A stretch of 60,391 nt of DNA, counting the filler, from Sphacelaria rigidula (Eukaryota): NCBI GenBank assembly GCA_964200075.2. It is 10 parts of 10 records of this genome, joined end to end, with 100 filler letters (N's around TTAATTAATTAA, not from the genome) between each part and the next. Parts side by side here need not be neighbours in the genome. Positions count along the whole stretch, not along the records: positions 48,396 to 54,343 come from CAXNAA020023286.1; positions 54,444 to 60,391 come from CAXNAA020023287.1; 8 more parts are not named here. One strand, 5' to 3'. How positions within the stretch are numbered: the stretch's first letter is position 1; each line of letters opens with the position of its first letter. Of this stretch, positions 50,802 to 60,391 are shown one piece after another. Made by a program: the position numbers and the translations under genes. The notes under the pieces were generated by a model. That model ran no database searches. It had not been told where the DNA came from and saw nothing but the letters and a program-made list of their open reading frames with translations.

Positions 50802-52861
50802 TGTTGCTCAAAGGCGTCTATTTGAGCTTCGCTAACGTACAGAGTTAGCATCTGCCTGGAGCAACCTCTGCTCTTTGTCTTTCCGAGAGTTTTCGGCGTG
50901 TCTTCGGTTCGGGATGCTCGGGGTCGGGTGAGGTCAGGCTTTCACTTCAGACATTCTCAACACTTCGAGACAAGGGGTACAGTACTCTACAGACTTGACG
51001 GGCCTGTTATTTACCCGAAATCTCCGGCGTCTTCAGACGACTTCTACTTTAGTTTCGAAAAATGCGAGAGCATCATATGGTAATTTTCGGAACTGAAACC
51101 GCTCATCGTTCTCCCGTGTCGTCATGACTCACCAGTCCATTCGGGGTTGGGGGTTGGGTCGGCATTTTTTTCGAAACCCAAACAGGATAAAGGCTGTAGA
51201 AGATACTACTGTTGTGTCGTAGGCTGATTTCCCAGCATAGCCAATGCCTACGGAGTAGAACATTGCGAGAGCCGCAAGACATGCTCACTTCAAAAACTTC
51301 ACGCACGCGTACGACATTTCAGATTCTCCGGACCGTGCAAGCTTTTCATCCGTGTACATGAAGTAATTTCGGGACTGCAGCTCTGGTGGTTCTGTCTGAT
51401 TTGCCGACACCAAAATACAGGAGTGACGTTTACGACCGGCTCGGGTAGACAAACTTATCAAAATGTGCCTTTTTGTCATGTCATCCTTTAACAAGCGCTA
51501 TTGTACAACTCTACAGCAGCCGCAGGAGCACAGACTGCTCTCTGTTTGTTCCCCGAACTGTTTGGACTACCACAGATTTCAAGCATCGATCGCCCTGCGA
51601 CTGTGTACAGTAGATCGTAAACGATAAATATGGAGGTGACGTGGGTGCGCGATCGATGAATCTTGTACAGTCAGTGGTTGTACGGCTACGCTAAACAGGG
51701 GTACAGAAACCAGTTTGACAAGGGTTGCACAGCAACTTCCAGTTTACTCTGCCGGGCTGGCTATGCTTCGCGATTTCCGGCATCTCGTGCGTGGGAGCCT
51801 CGCCGATTCATAGTGTAGTCCAAGAACGGTAGATGTGAAATGCGATCGCAGCTGTTGTCTCATTATATGTACCTCTACGACACATTGCAGCCATGAGATT
51901 ATTGTTGTCTGTCGTCGCATTTCGTTCATGAGATAAATGACACCGCGAGTGTGTGGTATGGTATAGCCTTTGGGACCAGAGCGCAGGTTTTCTCGCAGAC
52001 CACTGCACCTTGCGATACGAAGTGTACGTGCGAACTGTGGTGTACTAGGTTGCGCAGTCAGTACTGACTGTACTAGCGTGCACAACGCTACACATGCTTC
52101 CTGGCCGTAACGGCTGTACCGTACGGCATACTGCACTGATATAACAGGCAGCCGGACTGGCCATGTTACTCGTCTCTTAAATGACACCGACGGGAAAACA
52201 AAGCAATCTCCTGGCTACAAGGTATCGCAGAGGTACATACAGACAGCAGTAACGATCGCATTTTGACATCTACAACCGTTATTGGGCTGCACTACTAAGG
52301 ACAGGTCAGGCTGTCACGCACGGGAGTGCGAAGATCGAAGAACATGTTCAGCTCTGCAGGAGGACAGGAAGTTGTTGCGCAACTACTCTCGATGATCGAT
52401 TGCCCACCCCCAGCTAGGGCGGTAGAACAGACACACAACGGACGGTACTGCCGTAGAACAGCGCAAGCCACATTGCGGCTCATCCATGTCGACGGAACCG
52501 TAAAAAAAAAAGTCAAGAGCAAAGCAAGCCTGTAAAGGCAGAATATTGATTGGTCGCCGCGCGATGTCATTCACCGCGATGCGTGATGTCGTGGTTATCA
52601 ATCAGTCGGCATGCTGCTCCTCTTGGACAGTTCTTTCCTTTCGTTTTTGTTTGGTCTCGCGAAGATGGGTCATTATACAGTCAGCCGGACTTTTGCACAA
52701 TCCCAGCAAGCCGAGGAAGTGATGGCGAAAAGAAGACAACAATCAGTACAGAGCAGTACCATGCAGTGCAAGAACGCGGAATCACGACAATCAAAGAGAG
52801 TAAATACGATGCATCGCACGGCACTATAGTTGTACTGCACAAGTACTGACTGTAGACGCTG

Positions 52862-53080
52862 CTGTGTATGTTGTGTTGTGTTGTCGTCCCATTTATTCTG
52901 GACGCCAGTCTAGTACACGCTTAGGTACATGTGAGCACGTCAGGTGGGGTCAAACAGGAGGAAGGTCAACACAGGAGTTTTGTTTTTTCAATTTGTTTCA
53001 GCACTCCAACTTCCTTTCGCGGTGCTTGCCTTTCTGTCTGTCGCGAGCAGAATTTGGTATCCCCTTCCCCTCGACCGTGA
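52862..53080 (-). mobile_element. SINE body and 3' tail, diverged
   Basis: gtcccatttattctggacgccagtcta...ggaggaaggtcaacacaggag...cgcggtgcttgcc matches the other SINE copies. CA-rich tail. Confidence 0.75.
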
Positions 53081-54443
53081 GAGCTGTGAAGGACCATTAA
53101 CCTCGAACTGTGTTAGATTCGTCTTGCTGAGACATGAAGCGCCAACTATTCCAAGCTATTGTTTATTCGTCAACTATTAGTGTGAACATGGTACTGAAAC
53201 GCGACAACAACGGCGCGAAGATAACGACGACGGCATCAAATACCCGTCCTCTACCGACGTCCGCATCAGCGAACCTCAAGTAGATCCAAATGCGTGTCTC
53301 AGATATGTGTCCTACCCATATCGCTGTTGCAGATAGAATGTATTCACATGTAGCAAGTCGCGGGTGGGTGTACTGTACCACACCACTGTTGTCCACCTAC
53401 TGCTCTCACTTCAACAAGCAAACGGAGAAACGTCCGCGTGCGTGTGTTCGAGGGACGCAAAACATGAAACTTCACACGGATCCCTCGTGATCCTTGCTTC
53501 ATTTCACAAAGAGCGAAAGGGGGGGAAGACAAGGGCAAAAGAACCCAACATAACCTTCACAATCGGCAGCCGAAGAGCAACTTGACGGAAATGAGCGGCG
53601 GATCTCTCACAAAAACCGCACTGTCTGTGAAGTAGTCTAAGGCTGCGGTGTAGTGATTTAGTTCGAAGCTTTTTACATGTGCACGGCTTCCTGATTCGTG
53701 TCTTCTGCATTATACTGTTTCCGTTTCACAAGGGGTCGCCGACAGCCGGCTTGATGGGCTGTTACACGTTTGAGGGACGCGGTATGACCAACAACATAGA
53801 TTAAACGATCTGCTCAGTGCACAAACACGCAGCATACACCATAGCATATTGATTTACACTAGACAGCGGATGTCGTTGCCAACGGCCGTCTATGTATTGC
53901 AATAAATTCAAACCCCGTCCATCAAGCACCCCTGTGCACTTGAAGTGAAGTGAAGTGTGTCGTGTCTACAAAGAATTCTTCGCGGAGATGTGAAATCTGT
54001 GAGGGGATGTACGTCACGAATCAAAGAGATCGAAAAACGCATGAGGCACACGTGTCCAGAACACAGAAACAGAGAGCAAAAACAGAGCAGCGACGCCAAC
54101 TACACATTCGAGGAAGTCACAGACAGGGCAAATCTACATACATGCACACCTGAATGAAGGCGATCAGCACTCGGCTTACCTTCAGTCGATTCAGCATAGC
54201 GTTCGTTGCGGTCGGACTTCCCCCCCCTCTCTCCGAGGGTTTGCCTCACCCGTTTTTGTTTCCCAAGGCAACAAATCCATTTTTAGTGCTATACATGAAA
54301 TTTGTTAAGGGGGGGGGTAGGAAAATAGCATATGCCTAAAAGGNNNNNNNNNNNNNNNNNNNNNNNNNNNNNNNNNNNNNNNNNNNNTTAATTAATTAAN
54401 NNNNNNNNNNNNNNNNNNNNNNNNNNNNNNNNNNNNNNNNNNN

Positions 54444-54690
54444 AGAGCGACTATGTCGTGGGTACACAAAATCCGACTCAACGGTCGACGAGGGAAAGGG
54501 ACTGCTGAACCCCTCTCGCGATAAAAAAAGGCAAGCACCGCAGAAGGAAGGCGGGGTATTAAGAACAAATGAAAAAGAAAAAGTTCCTGTGTTGATCTTC
54601 CTCCTGTGACCCCGGCTGGTGCGCCCACATATACCGAAAGGTGTAGACTGGCGCTCAGAATAAATGGGACGTCAACACACACAACACAGC
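54444..54690 (+). mobile_element. SINE body and 3' tail
   Basis: Reverse complement of 48396-48560 plus a 3' part ending caacacacacaacacagc. Confidence 0.8.
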
Positions 54691-55480
54691 TCGAACTCTC
54701 GAATCCGTGGTCAGTGACATGGGCTCATCTTCCCAATGCCGTTCCCGCCATTTCCTACAAGAGTTGGAGCTCTCGTTGTTTCTTCTGAAACTCCAAAAAA
54801 AAACAAATAAATAAATCAGCAATAAAAAAAAAAACATATGTAGCACATGATTTTAGTCATCAAAATGACTCGATTCGAGTGAAACTTACTGATCGACATT
54901 GGTGCATTGATGGTCGCATGATACCCGGTCATCCTCGTGGAATCCAGCCGTGGTCATGAGAAAGACACAACCCAAGGTATCGGGGAAACTCGGCAAAGCA
55001 AAATTAAATAGGGGAAAGAAAAAGGGAGAGCAAAGAAAGTGAAATTCAAACGACAGAAAAAAAAATAGAAAAAACGCCAGGCTGATACTTCGTATCTATA
55101 CCAGTCCAGCAAAAAAAAAAACATGACAGCATAACAAAACAGCAGGCCTTTGTTGCAGGTCTTCGGGTAAGGACTACAGTACACGCGAAATAACTTTTAT
55201 CCTGAGCCATTGGCACAAAGGACGTCGGAGGTAGCCGCCTAGTTTTTCGCCTGTATGCATGACGGACCGGTGGAATGATTAGGAATGATCATGATGCTCA
55301 GAGGCTACCTTACAACGCTACACGAATCAGTCATTCAATTTTTAATCTAAGCCTCAAGACAGCGACCCCCCCGCAGGTAGACTGAGTTGGACAGTGCCAC
55401 GATTGAGGTTCAGAACAGTTTTTTTCTCGCTGCACAAAACGCCTTTTTTTCATCTTCATATGGATGTTGGGCATCTATAC

Positions 55481-55928
55481 AAGGGCAGATCGGGTAGTAT
55501 ATACTCGATACTCGGTATTGTTGAAAACCCATACTCTTAGTACCCAAACCTTTGGGTAGATTATTCGAATTCGTACCCAAACTACCCGAAATTTGGGTGG
55601 AGTATTTGAGGTCGTACTCAATCTACCCAATTTTTGGGTGGAGTATTGAGGTCATACCAAAGTGATACTCTATACCAAGGTTTTGTTGAGAGTACTTACC
55701 CAATATTTGGGTAGATTATTTGACATCGTACTATATCTACCCAAAATCTGGGCTGAGTGTTGAGGTCATACCCAAGTTATACTCTATACTCCGGTATTGC
55801 TGACGGCACTCACTCAAATATTGGGTAGAGTATTTCAAGCCGTCCTATCTACCCAAACTTGGGTAGAGTAAATACCCCCCTATTTTATCCAAGCATTCAA
55901 GAGCGCATACCCTACCCGACCTGCCCTT
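55481..55928. mobile_element. MITE with 17-bp TIRs and an internal TACCCAA/TTGGGTA repeat array
   Basis: aagggcagatcgggtag ... ctacccgacctgccctt. Confidence 0.75.
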
Positions 55929-56489
55929 GACTTTCTCGATCGAAAACATGCGGGGAGAAGGTACGAAGGGGCACTTGATCCCTATCTTGCAGACCACCAT
56001 GCCAGATACCACTCCTTCACAGAACCATGCAAACCCCTCACAGCTCATTCTCAGCTACCACCGTTACCCTGCAGCATGGAGCACGAGTTGGGCACAGGAA
56101 TAGATACACTGCAGTAGTTGGGTATGATGTGGTCATTTTGTGTTGGCAAAAACTCGAGCACCTTCATCATCACAGGGATCGGCGACGGAACTGCGTACTT
56201 TCGTGGACAGTGCAGGCAGTACAAGGATTCACGTTGTTCAAGTCCTCTTCACGTCGCACTGTAAGCAGAGTACAGATAGTCCTACGCTGTCTGAACTGCA
56301 CGTTGTCCCCTTCTCTTTCACATCCTACTGTACGAAACACGCACACACACACTCAGGCACATTGTATGAATACAACGTAGACAGTACAGTACGGTACAGT
56401 ACAGTACAGTAATGAAGCGTAGACAAGCGAACAAATGCGGCTTCAAGATTTCCGACCGAAAGCTTGCAAATATTTTTGGACCCAACTCG

Positions 56490-56622
56490 CAAGAAATGAA
56501 TGAATTCGCTCAAATCAATTTTACCGCACTTTTCAAACGGGCGAAAAATGATGTACCAAGAAATGAATGAATTCACTCGAATCAATTTCATCGCACTTCT
56601 CAAACGGTCGAAAAATGATGTA
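56490..56622. repeat. Tandem duplication of ~67 bp
   Basis: caagaaatgaatgaattc.ctc.aatcaattt.a.cgcactt.tcaaacgg.cgaaaaatgatgtac occurs twice. Confidence 0.75.
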
Positions 56623-56634
56623 CTAAGGCAACGC

Positions 56635-57113
56635 CTACCCAATATTTGGGTAAAGTACTGAAATCGTACCCAAACTACCCGAAATTTGGGTAAAGCAGTA
56701 TTTTAGATCGTACCCAACATACCCACAGTTCGGGTAGAGTATCAAGGTCATCATACCCAAGTGATATTCTACACCCAGGTATTGCTGAGAGTGCTTACCC
56801 AATATTTCGGTAGAGTATATGAAGTCGTACCCAATCTACGCAAAATTTGGGTAGATTATTTGAGGTCGTACTCAATCTACCCAAAATGTGTGTAGAGTAT
56901 TGAGGTCATACCCAAATGATACTCAATACCCAGGTATTACTGAGAGTGCTCACCGAAAGTATGAGTAGAGTATTTGAGGTCGTACCCAATCTACCCAAAA
57001 TTTGAGTACAGTGTTCGAGGCCGTACCCAAACTACGCAAACCTTGGGTAGAAGTAAATACCCGCTTATTTTACCTGAGTATACAAAAGTACATACTCTAT
57101 CCGACCTGCCCTA
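56635..57113. mobile_element. Second, one-ended copy of the TACCCAA-array element
   Basis: Same repeat units; ends in ctatccgacctgcccta. Confidence 0.7.
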
Positions 57114-57671
57114 GAATATATATAGCAAGTGGTCCCGGAGATCCCCTCACCGGTTTTCGCCCTGCAGCCTATTGCGTGCAGAGTCAGTACATATGTGCGT
57201 TGTATGTCTTTCCTAGATACAACGGCAAGAAACAGTCAGCGTGCCATCGTTCTCCACTGAGCACAACCTTCTACATGCCGGTGATATCTCTGCTTCGTGT
57301 TCCACAACAACACTGCAGATTGTGAAGCTATGCCGGCAACACACGAGGGGTCAGGCAGACGGCACAGACCACGAGCAGAGTAAAAAGCGCGTTGTTTGTC
57401 CCTATGAAATCAATGGTTGAATTGTCAAGACCAAAATGAAAAATACGGCGAGACAGCCAAGTAGTCCACCTGCAGTCCACCTGTAGGGGCACAAAGTGAC
57501 CCAGTTTGATCGCCGTGATTGGTCAGAATGGTCACGCTGCTCGTCTCAGGCCTCGTTTCTGGCTCATAATTTTCCGTGAGAAACTTCTCAACACCCTGAA
57601 AACCACCGGATGTTCCTAAACCATCAGCCAGTGAAACTATTTCGAGGCGACGCTCGCTGTCTTAGGGTTAA

Positions 57672-57769
57672 CCCTTAGACCGCGAGGGTAATCCATCTGG
57701 ACCATGCATACTTTTTTCAAGTGAAATTGACTCCGATTCAACACCTGACCTACTCTCGCCGTCCAAGGG
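57672..57769. mobile_element. 98-bp piggyBac-like MITE (TTAA TSD)
   Basis: TTAA|cccttagaccgcgagggta ... tactctcgccgtccaaggg|TTAA. Confidence 0.75.
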
Positions 57770-58074
57770 TTAACGCATGCTTTGGAGTATTCGAGTATTT
57801 TGAACATACTTCCTCTGTTCCATAATTCAAGTCGGCGATGTTTACACGGGCCCTTAACCCTTTTCCCCGCCAGGGTAGATTATTTACGTCATCTACCAAG
57901 TGCTCAAAGTGAAGACGCCTATTCAACTTCTGACCTGTGCCGCAAGATAACCCTTTTGGAACCCTCCCCTCCCCCGTCCCCGGGCCAGACGCCTCATTAT
58001 TTCAAGTTGTGACAGAAGAAAATATGGAAACAGAAAAGACCGACGGCAACCATTTTTTTCTGTGGAAGATCAAA

Positions 58075-58400
58075 CTAGGTCGAGTACGGCCTCAAATACT
58101 ATACTCCAATTTCGAGTAGGTCGAGTATGGCCTCAAATACTCCACTCCAATTTCGAGTAGATCGAGTACGACCTCAAATACCCTACTCAAATATTGAGTG
58201 AGCCCTCTCAGTAGTACTCGAGTACAGAGTATCACTTGGGTATGACCTCAAGCTCTACTCAAATTTCGAGTAGATCGAGTACGACCTCAAATACTCTAGT
58301 CAAATATTGAGTGAGATCTCTCAGTAGTACTCGACTATAGAGTATCACTTGGGTATGACCTCATACTCTACTCAAGGTTTGAGTAGGTCGAGTACGGCCT
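58075..58400. repeat. Repeat array (TCGAGTA variant), reverse-oriented relative of the TACCCAA element
   Basis: Units tcgagtag(g/a)tcgagtacg(g/a)cctcaaatac. Shares gagtatcacttgggtatgacctca with the reverse complement of 56905-56926. Confidence 0.65.
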
Positions 58401-59274
58401 GTAATCTAGTCCACGGTGATACCCATGGATAATGGGAAGAATTGGAGGGAATGCAGCGGATTATAGTGAGGAGAAAACACTTTACTGTATCGAACGGCAT
58501 TGTACTGTATTGTACTGCATTATCCTGTACTGTGCTTCGTTGTCCGTCTGTATACAAGCACCTTCAGGGTGAGTCATATGTTGTGCATTGGCATGATTTT
58601 GACTTGAAATATGTATGCAAGGTCCAGATGAGCCACGGCCAAGTCTCAGAGGTTCAATTTTAGAGCTGGTGGCAGAAAGGGGTGACGCTTTTCAAAGATT
58701 TGTTGTAATCTGATCATTGGTGATAACCATGGAAAAAAGGGGAAGGAACGCAGCAGGGGGAGAGATACGACAACACTGAACGGTACCATACAGCTTTTGT
58801 ACTGCATTGTACTACTGTTTTACCTTCTGTTTTCATTCGGTTTCGTCTATAGTCACCCTCAGGGTGAATCATGATGCATCGGCATAATTTCGACGTGAAA
58901 AATAATTCATGATGTAAAGACAATACGACCGTGAGCAATACACCTGCGGCAGTGTGTGTGATGTGCGCAGAAGGCCTTCTGGGGTTCTCTTGGGACCGAC
59001 CGGACGGATCCTTTGTTCCTGACTGGCTATAATAGCGCGATTCGTCCATCAGCAAGAGCCGGTACATATTGTGGAGAAAAATTCCCAAATGTTTTTTTGA
59101 GCGATTCGCATCCCTAATAGTATCGACTGTTTCGAGTATGGCAGTACACAAGAATTTCCATCCTGTATGCAGAACGGTTTTCAACAATGTAATCCATTGT
59201 CATTGTCGAGGGCGTGGACGAAACAAAGATCATTCTCCAGGGTCTGGAGGAAACAAAGGCCTGGGGACAACGAT

Positions 59275-59307
<33 letters not shown>
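59275..59307 (+). repeat. (AAC)n microsatellite
   Basis: aacaacaac... run. Confidence 0.9.
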
Positions 59308-59308
<1 letters not shown>

Positions 59309-59590
59309 CGAACAAGACTAGCTACACAAAAAAACTCGACAAGAAAAAAAAAAGCAATGAGAGCAGCATATCAATTTGAAAAAACGACAAAACACACACA
59401 AACACGTCGGTAAAACAGACAAAAGAGACGCCTAGCAAAAGCCGATCTCGAGGAGTAACAAGTAGAAAAAGAAAGACGCGATCTCCCAGAAAAAACAGAA
59501 GAAAAAACGGCTGGGTCCCAGACAGGAAACCCTCAGAAAAAAACGAACCTTCGCGAAATATAGCCAAAGGACATCACCAACGAAACTAAC

Positions 59591-59774
59591 CTCAGCAAAG
59601 TTGGCGAGCTTGGCAACGTTGACCTTTCCCACCGCCAAAATGTAGGCCTTGCGTCCCGCGCTCTCGATCATTCTTCGGAGAGACCGGACGACGCTGCCGT
59701 AACGCTGCACCCCCAGAGTACCAACCACGACGCCGATCACCTCGGCTTCGCGCGCTCGTTGCACAAGATAATAC
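59591..59774 (-). CDS. DPH2: Diphthamide biosynthesis protein 2, internal exon
   Basis: caacAG acceptor and GTtagt donor. YYLVQRAREAEVIGVVVGTLGVQRY...GRKAYILAVGKVNVAKLANFAE. The GTLGV and AKLANF motifs fit DPH2 rather than DPH1 (GTLGRQG). Confidence 0.88.
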
Positions 59775-59808
59775 CTGTTGTTGTTGGTTAGGGAGTGGGG
59801 AGGAGGAA

Positions 59809-60155
59809 GTATTCATGACCTTGCATGCAACGGCCATTTGACCACTGACGTCGCATCCCTATAAAGTCGGGACGGAGCACACCGGGTTTCCGCCGGATCA
59901 AGCTCGCAATCAACCACCAAGCGCCCAGCACTGCAATGTGTTCGTCGATTTGCGTGAAGGGTGACCTGCATCCCATCAAGATTTATTCGACCCGAAGCCT
60001 ACTGGTTGTTTTGCGCATGGATGAGCGCCTACAACGAGTGGCTTCATTTTCTGGTATCGCCACTTCCAGCGACAGCCACGGATTGCACACCGTGCCTCAT
60101 GGGTGCTTCAACATTTGAACACAACGTAGCACGAGCATCTCCTTTGCGCGGAGTT
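59809..60155 (-). mobile_element. Element B copy in the DPH2 intron
   Basis: After a G-rich tract: gtattcatgaccttgcatgcaacggccatttgaccactgacgtcgcatccc...gacggagcac... Colinear with 10654-11000. Confidence 0.65.
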
Positions 60156-60304
60156 GTCGTTTGGCGCAAAAAAAACGCAGGAGGAAAAAAAGTGGAAACC
60201 TGGTTGCCTAGCAGAGGCAGTGAGTGGCACATTTGAAAGCTTAATTGCCAACCGATGCCAACTTCCAAAATGGGGGTGGGGGGTCGGGCGGGGGAGGAGG
60301 GGGG

Positions 60305-60371
60305 CGAACTCATTTGTTGCTCGCCTTATTCCTTTGACCATTGACCACGCGTCCCTTTAGAGACGGAGCAC
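60305..60371 (-). mobile_element. Element A diverged copy
   Basis: G-run followed by cgaactcatttgttgctcgccttattcctttgaccattgaccacgcgtccctttagagacggagcac. Confidence 0.7.
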
Positions 60372-60391
60372 CGTTACTACTCCGAATAGAG

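Noticed and set aside
48950..53400. Scattered minus-strand exon candidates (e.g. ~49633-49783, 52310-52530)
   Set aside because: Splice-like sites exist, but there is no consistent frame or recognisable protein.
57662..57675. Telomere fusion (TTAGGG/TAACCC)
   Set aside because: Single units only, explained by two piggyBac-like ends sharing a TTAA.
55490..58400. CRISPR-like array
   Set aside because: The units are degenerate, have no unique spacers, are bounded by TIRs and lie in eukaryotic DNA with no cas genes.

Overview
Eukaryotic, intron-rich and repeat-rich DNA, most likely from a brown alga (Phaeophyceae). That assignment is inferred from an EsV-1-7 repeat protein and long GT-AG introns. 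The window is not one locus. It is ten unrelated contigs of 5950, 5950, 5950, 5950, 5949, 5949, 5949, 5948, 5948 and 5948 bp, joined by nine 100-bp N44-TTAATTAATTAA-N44 linkers. Recognisable gene pieces are RRP8 exon 1, NOSIP exons 1-2, a DPH2 exon, a PQ-loop-like terminal exon, two phase-compatible exons of a low-complexity protein and an intronless EsV-1-7 repeat ORF. Mobile DNA includes two decayed LINEs, a decayed intron-containing Sola2-like transposase, a tRNA-derived SINE family and many MITE or non-autonomous TIR elements. The most unusual signal is a family of short and long elements that share a 3' end (...ATGAGTAC followed by poly-C). They sit at G/C homopolymer runs, two have 14-17 bp target-site duplications, and they conserve a stem-loop. 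This looks like a poly(C)-tailed, G-run-targeting retroelement system.
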